Positions 52,478 to 63,595 of a stretch of 64,000 bases of DNA are shown here, piece by piece (the stretch's first letter is position 1; every line of letters begins with the position of its first letter). Below the pieces are notes generated by a model. That model was not told the origin of the DNA. It worked only from the letters and a program-made list of their open reading frames with translations, and did no database searches. A program made the translations under genes and the position numbers. This DNA is from an uncultured Nitrospiraceae bacterium (lineage in GTDB: Bacteria > Nitrospirota > Thermodesulfovibrionia > Thermodesulfovibrionales > UBA6898), in the NCBI GenBank assembly GCA_963811165.1, contig CAWEQH010000010.1:320001-384000 (forward strand). The letters run 5' to 3'.

Positions 52478-53993
52478 ACTTTTCCCCTTAGACTGGGCGT
52501 CGAACTCAAGGAGACTGCTCCTGATCGGCCTGTCTTCTTTTGCCGTATCACTGTCCCTCATGGTAAATCTGAGCCCATGGAGGTTTATCGGAGGCATCCT
52601 CATTGCGTTCGTCCTTCTCGCGATACTCTACAGGGACATTATGCGTTACAGGCCCACGTATATCAATAACTACCACATGCTTGTTCTGCTTGGACTCATG
52701 ATTGTCAGCACACTCCTTATCGGAAGGTTTTTCGACTATCTTCTTCTAAACCTCTCAAAGGGCATAGGTTCGATAGATGTGGATACGGCGGTATTCGGGA
52801 TCCCCATTGCTGCGGGGGCCATGCTCGTCACCCTTCTGTTCGATTTTCATACGGCTATCACGTTCTCCTTTACCATAAGCCTTCTCACGGGATACTGGCT
52901 GAGCGACCCCTTATATCCTATCTATACGTTTGTCGGCAGCCTCACCGCTGCGTTCAGCGTTATCCGCTGTAAGAAGAGGTCTGCCCTGCTGAGGGGCGGA
53001 TTTTATGTGGCGCTTACAAACGTGCTCATCGCGCTTATTCTCCTGATCAGCAGAGGAGATGTCCTCCCGGGAAAGATCTTGTCGTCGGTGATATTCGCGG
53101 TCTTTTCAGGCGTAACGGTCTCCTCCATCGTTTCTTTGCTCCTTCCTTTTCTGGAATACGCCTTTAAGGTCACCACGGATATCAGCCTTCTTGAGCTTCT
53201 GGACCTCAACCAACCCCTGATGAAGACCCTTATGATAAATGCCCCCGGCACATACCATCACAGCGTCATTGTCGGAAACCTCGTTGAGGCGGCAGCCGAG
53301 GCCGTAGGCGTAAACCCGCTTCTGGCAAGGGTTAGTTCCTATTATCATGATATAGGCAAGATAAAGATGCCTGAATACTTCGTGGAAAATCAGGGCGGGA
53401 TACCGAGCAAACACGACAAACTCACCCCTCATATGAGCAGCATGATTATCATGAACCATGTGAAGGAGGGCGTGGAACTCGCACGACAATACAAACTCCC
53501 GCAGGTGCTTATCGATATCATAAAACAGCATCACGGTTCTTCGCTCATCACCTATTTCTACCAGAAGGCAAGGGAGCAGAACCAGGAACAGCAGTTATCC
53601 ACCGCAGAGGATTACAAATACCCCGGGCCAAAGCCCCAGACTCGCGTTGCGGCTCTAGTGATGATGGCTGACGCCGTCGAAGCTGCATCGAGGGTCCTCA
53701 CCGATCCCACACCGGCAAGGATATCGGCCCTTGTCGATAAAATAATTAACCACATTTTCCTCGACGGCCAACTCGATGAGTGCGAACTTACCCTCAAGGA
53801 CATCTCGGAGATAAAGAAGAGGTTCACTTACATCCTCACGGGGATCTTCCATAAGAGGATCGACTATCCGGGATTTGATTTCGGCAATGGAGATATACAT
53901 AAAGAACCTTCAAAGGTCGACAAAACTGGATCCCCGGACTATAAAAAGGGATCTCGCCAGGGCGCTCCGATTACTCGGTCTTTCGCAAACTGA
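52449..53993 (+). CDS. 7TM-HD phosphohydrolase (PgpH/YqfF-like) without extracellular domain
   Basis: Multiple TM helices, LLELLD, APGTYHHS, YHDIGK, QHHG, MADAVEAA. Confidence 0.88.
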   Translation: MKSGILKESKLFPLDWASNSRRLLLIGLSSFAVSLSLMVNLSPWRFIGGILIAFVLLAILYRDIMRYRPTYINNYHMLVLLGLMIVSTLLIGRFFDYLLLNLSKGIGSIDVDTAVFGIPIAAGAMLVTLLFDFHTAITFSFTISLLTGYWLSDPLYPIYTFVGSLTAAFSVIRCKKRSALLRGGFYVALTNVLIALILLISRGDVLPGKILSSVIFAVFSGVTVSSIVSLLLPFLEYAFKVTTDISLLELLDLNQPLMKTLMINAPGTYHHSVIVGNLVEAAAEAVGVNPLLARVSSYYHDIGKIKMPEYFVENQGGIPSKHDKLTPHMSSMIIMNHVKEGVELARQYKLPQVLIDIIKQHHGSSLITYFYQKAREQNQEQQLSTAEDYKYPGPKPQTRVAALVMMADAVEAASRVLTDPTPARISALVDKIINHIFLDGQLDECELTLKDISEIKKRFTYILTGIFHKRIDYPGFDFGNGDIHKEPSKVDKTGSPDYKKGSRQGAPITRSFAN

Positions 53994-54348
53994 ACTCAGC
54001 GTTGTGTTCGTAAACTGCGAAAGAATGAGACGTCTCAATGCCCGTTACCGGGGTGTCGACAGGTCTACCGATGTATTGTCTTTTCCCTTGTCGGACGATA
54101 GCCCGACAGTGGAAAAGTGCGAATCGCCCGACAGGCCCATCCCACTCGGAGACATCGTCATATGCGTGCCTAAAGCCTTGACCCAGGCTGAACAATACGG
54201 CATAACCTTTCGCGAAGAGGCCCGAAGACTCCTTGTTCACGGGTTATTGCATCTCGTCGGTTACGACCACGAGTCAGGCCCCTATCAAAAAAGGAAAATG
54301 GAAAAAAAAGAGAGGGAACTTCTCGATGCCATTAAGACAATGGCTTAA
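53887..54348 (+). CDS. ybeY: rRNA maturation endoribonuclease YbeY
   Basis: TDVLSF, LGDIVI, HGLLHLVGYDH. Confidence 0.95.
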   Translation: MEIYIKNLQRSTKLDPRTIKRDLARALRLLGLSQTELSVVFVNCERMRRLNARYRGVDRSTDVLSFPLSDDSPTVEKCESPDRPIPLGDIVICVPKALTQAEQYGITFREEARRLLVHGLLHLVGYDHESGPYQKRKMEKKERELLDAIKTMA

Positions 54349-55024
54349 GAGCGCCGATTTCGCAATAGAGGGCATACTCCAAGGTGCCCGGACCCAAAAG
54401 CATCTCAGGTACCATTTCATATCGGCAACTGTCGTATTGATTGCAAGTTATGTCCTCGGAGTCACGCGCCTGGAATTTATTCTTCTTTCACTGGCGGTAA
54501 TCCTCGTCCTGTCCGCTGAGATGCTCAACAGCGCGATAGAGGCTGTAGTTGACCTGATATCGCCCGGGTACACAGAAAAAGCGCGAATTGCAAAAGACAT
54601 AGCCGCCGGGGCCGTCTTCATCACGGCTTTCGGGTCGGCGGTGCTGGGGTATGTAATCCTCTTTCCCTATATCAAGAAAATCTTTTATGAAGGCTTTCAC
54701 GTGGCAAAGCATTCGAATGAGGAAATCTCTCTTATCTCGTTTATTCTGGTGCTGATATTTGTGATCATCACAAAAACCTATTTTGGGAAAGGACATCCTT
54801 TAAAGGGCGGAATGCCGAGCGGCCATTCTGCTCTGGCATTTTCAGTATGGGTATCTGTCACCTATGCGACCGGGAACTTTCTCGCATCTTCCCTCTGTTT
54901 TGTCCTGGCGGTCCTGATCGCCCAGAGCAGGGTTGCCGTCAAGGTACACAGTCCGTGGGAGGCCGTAGCAGGCGCTTTAATGGGAGCCGCCCTCACCTTT
55001 GTCCTCTTCACACTTTTTTCGTGA
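54326..55024 (+). CDS. dgkA: Diacylglycerol/undecaprenol kinase DgkA fused to PAP2 phosphatase
   Basis: EMLNSAIEAVVD, AKDIAAGAV; GGMPSGHS, SRV...H. Confidence 0.85.
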   Translation: MPLRQWLKSADFAIEGILQGARTQKHLRYHFISATVVLIASYVLGVTRLEFILLSLAVILVLSAEMLNSAIEAVVDLISPGYTEKARIAKDIAAGAVFITAFGSAVLGYVILFPYIKKIFYEGFHVAKHSNEEISLISFILVLIFVIITKTYFGKGHPLKGGMPSGHSALAFSVWVSVTYATGNFLASSLCFVLAVLIAQSRVAVKVHSPWEAVAGALMGAALTFVLFTLFS

Positions 55025-55037
55025 CAGGCGAGATTGG

Positions 55038-55067
55038 AAAAAAAGGGGAAGGGCAACGCCCTCCCCT
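55038..55067 (-). terminator. Intrinsic terminator downstream of glnA
   Basis: Minus strand AGGGGAGGGC-GTT-GCCCTTCCCC-T7. Confidence 0.7.
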
Positions 55068-55094
55068 GTTAGAGCACTATTGTCTGTGAGAGAT

Positions 55095-56507
55095 TTAAAT
55101 ATCGTAGTAGAGGAAGAATTCGTACGGATGGGGTCTCAGCCTCAGGGCATCGACCTCTTTTGACCTCTTGTAGCTGATCCAGGTCTCTATCGCATCTTCG
55201 GTAAATACGTTGCCCTTCATAAGAAATTCGTGGTCAGCCTCAAGATTATCGAGTGCCTCATCAAGACTTGAAGGCATCGTAGGAACTGAAGCCAGCTCTT
55301 CCGGGCCGAGTTCGTAAATGTCCTTGTCGAGGGGTTCTCCGGGATGTATCTTGTTTTCGATGCCGTCGAGTCCGGCCATGAGCATAGCCGCAAACGCGAG
55401 GTATCCGTTGCACGATGGGTCAGGGAACCTCACCTCGGCCCTCTTTGCCTTAGGGCTGGCTGAATAGGTCGGTATCCTCACGCATGCAGACCGGTTTCTC
55501 GCCGAGTACGCGAGATTGACAGGCGCTTCAAAGCCGGGCGTCAGTCTTTTGTATGAGTTAGTGGTCGGGTTTGTCAGGGCCGCGATCGAGGTCGCATGCT
55601 TGAGGATCCCGCCTATGTAGTAGAGCGCCATATCACTCAGGCCGGCATACCCGTTGCCTGCGAAAAGGGGCTTATTGCCTTTCCATATGCTCTGGTGTAC
55701 GTGCATGCCTGACCCATTGTCGCCAAATAGGGGTTTCGGCATGAATGTTACAGTCTTTCCATGTCTTCTGGCGACATTCTTTATTATGTATTTAAAGAGC
55801 ATGAGCTTATCGGCCATCTTCACAAGTGAATCGAACCTCATGTCAATCTCGGCCTGCCCTGCTGTGGCGACCTCATGATGCTCCCTTTCAATATAGATAC
55901 CGCATTTCTGCATCTCCATGACCATCTCGGTCCTGAGGTTTACCTGGCTGTCCGTAGGCGGGACAGGGAAATATCCCTCCTTGTGTCTAGGCTTATACCC
56001 GAGGTTCGGGTTTTCATCCCGGCCTGAGTTCCATATGCCTTCCACGGAATCGATGAAATAATACCCGCTGTGAGCGTTCTGGTCGAACTGGACATTATCG
56101 AAGATGAAAAACTCCGCCTCGGGGCCGAAGTAGGCCGTATCGCCGAGCTTTGTAGATTTCAGGTAGTTCTCCGCCTTCTGTGCGATAAACCGCGGGTCCC
56201 TCGTGTAGTACTCCTTTGTAATCGGATCAACGATGTTGCAGATGAGGCTGATTGTAGGGTACTCCATGAAGGGGTCCATAAAGGCAGTTTCCGGATCCGG
56301 CATGACAAGCATATCAGAGGTGTGGATAGCCTGCCAGCCCCTGATCGAAGAACCGTCGAAACCCAGGCCCTCCTCGAAGATTTCCTCTTTCAGCTCCGCT
56401 ATCGGGACAGCGAAATGCTGCCAGATCCCCGGGAAATCGAGGAACTTCAAATTTACCATCACCGCCTTGTTTTCCTGCGCTAACTTGATTACGTCCTTTG
56501 GTGTCAT
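55095..56507 (-). CDS. glnA: Glutamine synthetase type I
   Basis: [42 protein letters not shown] adenylylation loop. Confidence 0.97.
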   Translation of the reverse strand: MTPKDVIKLAQENKAVMVNLKFLDFPGIWQHFAVPIAELKEEIFEEGLGFDGSSIRGWQAIHTSDMLVMPDPETAFMDPFMEYPTISLICNIVDPITKEYYTRDPRFIAQKAENYLKSTKLGDTAYFGPEAEFFIFDNVQFDQNAHSGYYFIDSVEGIWNSGRDENPNLGYKPRHKEGYFPVPPTDSQVNLRTEMVMEMQKCGIYIEREHHEVATAGQAEIDMRFDSLVKMADKLMLFKYIIKNVARRHGKTVTFMPKPLFGDNGSGMHVHQSIWKGNKPLFAGNGYAGLSDMALYYIGGILKHATSIAALTNPTTNSYKRLTPGFEAPVNLAYSARNRSACVRIPTYSASPKAKRAEVRFPDPSCNGYLAFAAMLMAGLDGIENKIHPGEPLDKDIYELGPEELASVPTMPSSLDEALDNLEADHEFLMKGNVFTEDAIETWISYKRSKEVDALRLRPHPYEFFLYYDI

Positions 56508-56575
56508 TTTTTCTCCTTTGTATATATTGATTTGTGCCTGTAAACTGGTCAGTATCCGCAAATTGTGACTGCGTC

Positions 56576-57632
<1,057 letters not shown>

Positions 57633-57643
57633 GCTTTTGAGTT

Positions 57644-57659
57644 ATCAAGAAGTTTGCCA
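57644..57659 (-). promoter_or_regulatory. Putative sigma54 (-24/-12) promoter of GATase-glnB-glnA
   Basis: TGGCAAACTTCTTGAT vs consensus TGGCAC-N5-TTGCW; correct spacing, GA instead of GC at -12. Confidence 0.65.
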
Positions 57660-57709
57660 GACGCATCGGCTTGAAAAGAAAGCCTTTTCTCTGCAGCGGC
57701 TGGACGGAT

Positions 57710-57747
57710 TGCCTAGTTCTTAATCATTACTGCCTAAAATAGAGGCA
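57710..57747. promoter_or_regulatory. Tandem NtrC-like enhancer sites
   Basis: Two 17-bp TGC-N11-(G/T)CA boxes: TGCCTAGTTCTTAATCA (57710) and TGCCTAAAATAGAGGCA (57731), 21 bp apart. Confidence 0.6.
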
Positions 57748-57754
57748 GTTTCAC

Positions 57755-57787
57755 AAAAAAAAAGAGGTTCCGGATTCCGGAACCTCT
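57755..57787 (-). terminator. Intrinsic terminator
   Basis: 11-bp stem AGAGGTTCCGG/CCGGAACCTCT followed by poly-T on the minus strand. Confidence 0.8.
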
Positions 57788-57809
57788 CTGGCTCTGTCGC
57801 AACGTTCTG

Positions 57810-58184
57810 TTATTCTTTGCCCTGTCGGCCCTCATCTGATTCCTTTTCCGCCGATCCCTCTTTTTTCTTCTGGCCCGCGAGATACGACTCGCTCGGTCTC
57901 CAGCCGAAAGAAGCACTGCTTCTTGCAGAGCTGAATGCCACCGATGCCACCTTCTGGAAAACCACCTTCACAAGCATGGCAATACCGATGAAGGGAAGAA
58001 AGGCAGCATATAAAAGACCCGTAATTGGTCCCAAAACAATGATACCCGTGGCAGGAAGCCTGAAATACACCGTTTTTTTGCCGCCTGGAAGCACACACTC
58101 ATCACTTACATCGATCCTTTCTCCGTTGGCGAAGTTCCAGTAAGTCCCCTTCCCTACTTTACTACCGGCTTTGTACCTTAACAT
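57810..58184 (-). CDS. Hypothetical small membrane protein
   Basis: AGGAGG SD, own terminator, TM hairpin (GPITGLLYAAFLPFIG). Confidence 0.7.
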   Translation of the reverse strand: MLRYKAGSKVGKGTYWNFANGERIDVSDECVLPGGKKTVYFRLPATGIIVLGPITGLLYAAFLPFIGIAMLVKVVFQKVASVAFSSARSSASFGWRPSESYLAGQKKKEGSAEKESDEGRQGKE

Positions 58185-58362
58185 TTTCGTATCCTCCTTT
58201 TTCCCTTTTTCCTCTTTCCTTAATCTTAGGATAACCTATCGACGCCTTAGGCACAATTAGAAGATATTCCTATTCCTAAGGGAATGTGTTCCTAGTCTAG
58301 AAGGTGAATATTGACCATTAAGCGGAACAATTGTTATATAATTTAGGAGGAAAAGAGTTGAA

Positions 58363-59886
58363 ATGCAAAAAGACTATAAAACAATAGAACTTACAGCCAT
58401 TTATGAGATAACCAAGCTTCTCGGCTCGTCCCTGAACCTGAAATCCAACCTCAGGGGCGTGATTCGAGTTCTCTCTGAATACCTCAACATGAATAGAGGA
58501 ACCGTAGCCCTCCGTAACGGCGGAGAAGTCTCCATCGTTGCTGCCCACGGCATGAGCGAAGAAGAGATGAAGAGGGGAAGATACAAACTGGGGGAAGGAA
58601 TAATCGGCAGAGTGGCAAAACTCGGGTCCCCCATCGTCATTCCCAATATAGGCGAAGAGCCCCTTTTTCTTAATAAAACCGGCGCCAGGCAAATGATCAA
58701 GCGCGAAAACGTCTCTTTCCTTTGCGTACCTATAAAGTTCAAAAGTGAGGTCCTCGGCGTATTAAGTGTAGACAGGCTCTTCGAAACAAAAGGAATCTCT
58801 TTTGAGGAAGACCTCAGGCTATTAAAGATCATAGCGTCCCTCATGGCCCAGTCCGTGAAACTGCATAACGAGCTTGAAAGGGAAAGAGTAGCATTTCTCG
58901 AAGAGAAAGAGAGCCTCACCCGGCAGCTAAAGGGCCGCTACAAGGTGGAAAACATCATCGGCCAGTCAGACAGCATGCAGGAGGTCTTTGAGGCGATTCA
59001 TAAAGTTGCGCCTTCCACGGCGAACGTCCTTCTCAGGGGTGAAAGCGGTACAGGCAAGGAACTGGTGTCCAAAGCGATCCATTTTATGAGCTCACGCGCA
59101 AAAGAGCCTTTTATTAAATTCAATTGCGCATCGATCCCCGAAGGACTCCTCGAATCTGAACTTTTCGGTCACGAGCGGGGTGCCTTTACGGGAGCCATGT
59201 CCATGAGAAAAGGCCGTTTTGAACTTGCGGATAAGGGGACAATATTTCTCGACGAGATTGGAGACCTGCCCCTAACGCTCCAGCCGAAAATATTGCGGGT
59301 CCTTCAGGAAAAAGAGTTTGAGAGAGTCGGAGGAGAAAAAACGATAAAGGTAAACGTAAGGCTGATTGCTGCGACAAGCCGGAACCTTGAGGAGCTGGTT
59401 TCAGCCGGGAAATTCAGGGAAGACCTGTATTACCGCCTCAATGTCGTGCCTATCTATCTGCCCCCCCTTAGGGAACGTCACGTTGATATCCCCGTCCTCG
59501 TAGAGTTTTTTTTGAAGAAGTATAACGAGGAAAACGGTAAATCGGTCAAGATCGAGGGCGGGGTCCTCGGCGCTCTTCTGAACTACGATTGGCCTGGAAA
59601 CGTCAGAGAGCTCGAAAACGCAATAGAGAGGCTTGTGGTCATGTCCACGGGAGTAATGATCGGACTCAACGACCTCCCTCTTGCCATCCGCGACCGATCA
59701 TTGAAAGCGGCTCATGCACTGCCCGCAAAAGATACACTCCCTGCTGCGGTTGCGGATATAGAAAAGGCCAGGATCATCGATGCCTTGAAAAAGACCGGGT
59801 GGGTCCAAGCGAAGGCCGCGAGACTGCTCAGCATTACCCCAAGGCAGATAGGGTACAAGATCAAGAGGTATGGCATTGAAGAATAG
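58363..59886 (+). CDS. nifA: NifA-like sigma54 activator (GAF-AAA+-HTH)
   Basis: GAF (GEGIIG...EPLFLNKT), GESGTGKE, ESELFGHERGAFTGA, NifA-type HTH GWVQAKAARLL..TPRQIGY. Confidence 0.8.
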   Translation: MQKDYKTIELTAIYEITKLLGSSLNLKSNLRGVIRVLSEYLNMNRGTVALRNGGEVSIVAAHGMSEEEMKRGRYKLGEGIIGRVAKLGSPIVIPNIGEEPLFLNKTGARQMIKRENVSFLCVPIKFKSEVLGVLSVDRLFETKGISFEEDLRLLKIIASLMAQSVKLHNELERERVAFLEEKESLTRQLKGRYKVENIIGQSDSMQEVFEAIHKVAPSTANVLLRGESGTGKELVSKAIHFMSSRAKEPFIKFNCASIPEGLLESELFGHERGAFTGAMSMRKGRFELADKGTIFLDEIGDLPLTLQPKILRVLQEKEFERVGGEKTIKVNVRLIAATSRNLEELVSAGKFREDLYYRLNVVPIYLPPLRERHVDIPVLVEFFLKKYNEENGKSVKIEGGVLGALLNYDWPGNVRELENAIERLVVMSTGVMIGLNDLPLAIRDRSLKAAHALPAKDTLPAAVADIEKARIIDALKKTGWVQAKAARLLSITPRQIGYKIKRYGIEE

Positions 59887-59897
59887 TGAAAGGAAGA

Positions 59898-59939
59898 CCC
59901 GAAATACCGCGGGCAGAAAGGCCTCCGCGGTATTTCGGG
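59898..59939. terminator. Hairpin between convergent nifA-like and degQ-like genes
   Basis: 15-bp perfect inverted repeat CCCGAAATACCGCGG/CCGCGGTATTTCGGG. Confidence 0.65.
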
Positions 59940-59946
59940 ATAATCG

Positions 59947-61413
59947 TTATTTAGCGGAAAGCGTAATATAAAGTGAGGAGCCTCCCCTGTATACAAGCAG
60001 CAGGATGTTTTCGTCTTTCTTAATCCCTGCAGCGATTTCCTGATAATCCTTGACACTGCCGACTCTTTTCCTGTTTATCTCTTGGATGACATCGCCCTGC
60101 ATCAGAACGCCGGAGGCCGGACTTTCCTCTTCGATGTCGCTTACGACCACTCCTTTTACCCTGCCGGGAACATTCAGTTTCTTCGCCAAATCAGGAGTAA
60201 TGTCTTGCACGCTTATCCCCCGCAGTGAACTCTCGTAAACCCCGTTTTGGGCCTGCTGAAGGTCGGAAGGGAGTTCCCCGATGGTCACTTTTAACGTAAG
60301 CATTTCCTCATTTCTCAGAACCTTAAGCGTATGTTCCTCGCCGGGTGCGGTATTGGCGACCATGTTGCGAAACTGACTAGGCTCATCAGTGTGCTTACCG
60401 TCATATTCGACGATGATGTCCCCCCTCTTAAGCCCTGCTTTTTCCGCAGGGCCGTTTTCATTGACATCGCTCACTAAGACCCCTTGCTCGCCCTTGAGAT
60501 TAAACTGTTTTGCCAGCTCAGGGGTAATGCTCTGTATAGAGACACCGAGCCAGCCCCTTACGACCTTCCCCTTCTTGACGAGGCTTTCCATGATCGACTT
60601 CACCATGTTGCTGGGGATGGCGAATCCTATTCCCTGATAGCCGCCGCTTGTGCTGAAGATCGCTGTGTTGATCCCGACGACTTCCCCCCTGACATTTACC
60701 AGAGCCCCGCCTGAATTGCCGGGGTTTATCGCGGCATCAGTCTGTATAAAGTCCTCATAGTCGGCGATACCCACATTAGCCCTTCCAACGGCCGAAACGA
60801 TACCCATGGTGACCGTCTGGTTAAGGCCGAAGGGGTTGCCGACGGCCAGTACTATCTCGCCCACCTCAAGTGCATCGGAATCCCCCCACTTCAGGGTGGG
60901 AAGACCGTTTGCCTCTATCTTCACAACCGATATTTCGGTCTTGGGATCTGATCCTATCACCTTCCCGGTGAATTCCCTCTTATCAGACAACAGCACCTTG
61001 ATCTCATCCGCATCCTTCACAACATGATAGTTGGTGATGATGTATCCTTCTGACGAGACGATAACCCCCGATCCAAGCGCTGCGGACTTGTGCTCCTTTG
61101 GTTGTCTGTGCTGGCCGAACCTGTCCCCAAAGAAACGTTTGAAGAAGGGATCATCAAATGGATCTGCGCCGCCCGCGATCTTTACCGTCCTCGTGGTTGA
61201 TATGTTCACGATCGCCGGTTTGACTGCAGCCGAGACCTCCGCCATTGCTCTGCCGATCTTTGCCAACGATTCAACCGACTCGGCCGAAACATTTGGCGCC
61301 GCGCCAAAGGAATCAATCGGAAGACAGAGATTTCCGCACAAGGTAATACCAAGAACTAATGCTGCGGCGACGACGAGAAAGGAATTCCAAAAAACTTTGA
61401 CCTTTGATACCAT
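59947..61413 (-). CDS. DegP/DegQ (HtrA) serine protease with two PDZ domains
   Basis: TNYHVV, DAAINPGNSGG, RGWLGV. Confidence 0.93.
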   Translation of the reverse strand: MVSKVKVFWNSFLVVAAALVLGITLCGNLCLPIDSFGAAPNVSAESVESLAKIGRAMAEVSAAVKPAIVNISTTRTVKIAGGADPFDDPFFKRFFGDRFGQHRQPKEHKSAALGSGVIVSSEGYIITNYHVVKDADEIKVLLSDKREFTGKVIGSDPKTEISVVKIEANGLPTLKWGDSDALEVGEIVLAVGNPFGLNQTVTMGIVSAVGRANVGIADYEDFIQTDAAINPGNSGGALVNVRGEVVGINTAIFSTSGGYQGIGFAIPSNMVKSIMESLVKKGKVVRGWLGVSIQSITPELAKQFNLKGEQGVLVSDVNENGPAEKAGLKRGDIIVEYDGKHTDEPSQFRNMVANTAPGEEHTLKVLRNEEMLTLKVTIGELPSDLQQAQNGVYESSLRGISVQDITPDLAKKLNVPGRVKGVVVSDIEEESPASGVLMQGDVIQEINRKRVGSVKDYQEIAAGIKKDENILLLVYRGGSSLYITLSAK

Positions 61414-61761
61414 TGTTCCTCCTGCTCCCTGACCAGACTTGTTACTTTGATATTTTTCATTATAACACTTAATAATTTACTCAGGAAATATTGCTGATCT
61501 GTAAAACTCGCAGATCCTGACACGCACCGAATCTCACCTCGTAAAATTATAAATGTATGCCTTCATATAATTCTCCTTTTAGCACTTTTTCTTGTTGAAA
61601 GTTGATGTTGCAAGGAGTACCATGAAAGGTATATAAACAAAAACGCGGTAAGAGGAAGGAGGTGGGGTTTCTCAGGGCGTGCGTTCTTTAAGTCGCAGGA
61701 GATTAGTCTGACTGACTTTTAACCATGTGAAGCATACTATTCCCAACAGGGAGGTTACTGT

Positions 61762-63279
61762 ATGGAAAAAAAAAGGCAGGGTATTGATGAAGACAAACTC
61801 GCTGAGGGACAATGCAGCAGTCCGGAGACATGCGCAACCGAGAAGAGGGGTATCAGCGAGGATTGGCTGGCTGTCTGCATAGGACTTTTCATATTTCTTC
61901 TATCGCTCGGGGTGTTCGCCGGAGTTGACCTTTTGGGTTTCGGAATAACGACGGGGATTTGGACGGACATTTCAAAGGCATTGAAGCCTGTTGCCAAGTC
62001 ATTTGCGAATTTGGGCGGAATCGGTTCACTGATCGCCACTTACGTATTCCTGCTGGTAATTATGACGATAGGCGCTGCTGCTCTGAGAGCAAAGATAGGA
62101 AGATTCATCGTCAGCTTTACGTTAATATTCTTTATAAGTTACCTATGTTGGATTATAGGAAGCTGGGCCAATATCGCGGCCACAACCTCTCCTGATATGA
62201 AGAAGTTTGGGATCACCTGGTCGCTGAAACTGACTCCGGAGGCCGGCTTCATTGTGGCATTGCTACTCGGTTTGATCGTCGGGAATTTTTTCCAGGGGTT
62301 TGCTGCAGCCATAAAAGAAGCGGTCAGACCCGAACTCTATATCAAAACCGCCATAGTGATACTTGGCGGGTTCCTTGGAGTGACCGCTGCTGAAAAGCTG
62401 GGACTGGCGACCGCCGTCATGTTCAGGGGCCTCTGCGCAATAGTTGAAGCCTACCTTATATATTGGGCCCTTGTGTATTTTATCGCGAGAAAATACTTCA
62501 AGTTCAGCAGAGAGTGGGCCGCACCTCTTGCATCGGGCATATCTATCTGTGGAGTTTCCGCCGCTATTGCAACGGGCGGTGCTATAAAAGCAAGACCCGT
62601 TGTACCCATAATGGTCTCCTCTCTTGTCGTCATCTTCGCGGTTGTTGAACTTCTCGTTCTCCCTTTCATAGCAGAAGAGTTCCTCTATAAAGAACCAATG
62701 GTCGCAGGAGCCTGGATGGGTCTTGCCGTCAAAACAGACGGCGCTGCGGTGGCAAGCGGCGCTGTTGCGGATTCTCTCATCCGCGCCAAGGCCCTCGCCG
62801 CCGATGGCGTAAATTACAAGGAAGGCTGGATAATGGGCGCTGCCACAACAGTCAAGGTCTTTATCGATGTCTTCATTGGGATATGGGCATTTATCCTCGC
62901 AATCGTATGGTGCACGGTGATAGAGTGTAAACCGGGCGAAAGGGTCAGGCCGGGACAGATATGGGACAGGTTCCCAAAGTTTGTCATCGGGTACCTGATA
63001 ACGTTTCTCGTGATTCTTTACATCGGGATCAATTATCCGGATTTGATGGGCAAGACCAAGTCGGCTACAGGCGAAGGTAATGTGTTTAGAGGGATTTTCT
63101 TCACTATGACCTTTTTCACTATCGGAGTGGTCTCGAACTTCAAGAAGCTATGGGAAGAAGGCATAGGTAAACTGGCGGCCGTCTACCTGCTTTGTCTTTT
63201 CGGGTTTATCATTTGGATAGGTTTGTTTATTTCGTGGTTGTTTTTCCATGGAGTAAAACCGCCTCTGGTAACCGGCTGA
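61762..63279 (+). CDS. Putative sulfate exporter (YeiH/PSE family) membrane protein
   Basis: Many TM helices, SEDWLAV, SICGVSAAIAT, RFPKFV. Confidence 0.85.
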   Translation: MEKKRQGIDEDKLAEGQCSSPETCATEKRGISEDWLAVCIGLFIFLLSLGVFAGVDLLGFGITTGIWTDISKALKPVAKSFANLGGIGSLIATYVFLLVIMTIGAAALRAKIGRFIVSFTLIFFISYLCWIIGSWANIAATTSPDMKKFGITWSLKLTPEAGFIVALLLGLIVGNFFQGFAAAIKEAVRPELYIKTAIVILGGFLGVTAAEKLGLATAVMFRGLCAIVEAYLIYWALVYFIARKYFKFSREWAAPLASGISICGVSAAIATGGAIKARPVVPIMVSSLVVIFAVVELLVLPFIAEEFLYKEPMVAGAWMGLAVKTDGAAVASGAVADSLIRAKALAADGVNYKEGWIMGAATTVKVFIDVFIGIWAFILAIVWCTVIECKPGERVRPGQIWDRFPKFVIGYLITFLVILYIGINYPDLMGKTKSATGEGNVFRGIFFTMTFFTIGVVSNFKKLWEEGIGKLAAVYLLCLFGFIIWIGLFISWLFFHGVKPPLVTG

Positions 63280-63301
63280 ACTATTTTATAAGGAGGTATG
63301 T

Positions 63302-63463
63302 ATGTCTGAAGAACCAAAATTGGCGGACGAACTGAAGAAAATGGAATATGAAGAATTGCTTCCTGTTGAAAAAAAGCTCATAGGGTACAGCCTTATATTG
63401 GGAACCGTTCTCCTGGGTGTGCTGGTATGGGTAAGCTACACCTTTTTCCCTAGCGGCCACTGA
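63302..63463 (+). CDS. 53-aa single-TM protein downstream of the exporter (absent from ORF track)
   Basis: TAAGGAGGT SD; MSEEPKLADELKKMEYEELLPVEKKLIGYSLILGTVLLGVLVWVSYTFFPSGH; followed by terminator. Confidence 0.8.
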   Translation: MSEEPKLADELKKMEYEELLPVEKKLIGYSLILGTVLLGVLVWVSYTFFPSGH

Positions 63464-63477
63464 CACCTTTTCACCAG

Positions 63478-63517
63478 AGACGTGCAAGGGTCCACAAACT
63501 CCTTGCACGTCTTTTTT
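63478..63517 (+). terminator. Intrinsic terminator
   Basis: AGACGTGCAAGG...CCTTGCACGTCT-TTTTT. Confidence 0.8.
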
Positions 63518-63595
63518 CTCTACCTCTCTTTCCGCCATTTTTTCTGTTTCTCATCATCCTCTGCTCATCTACGTATTTTTTGTGTAGAATAGAGC

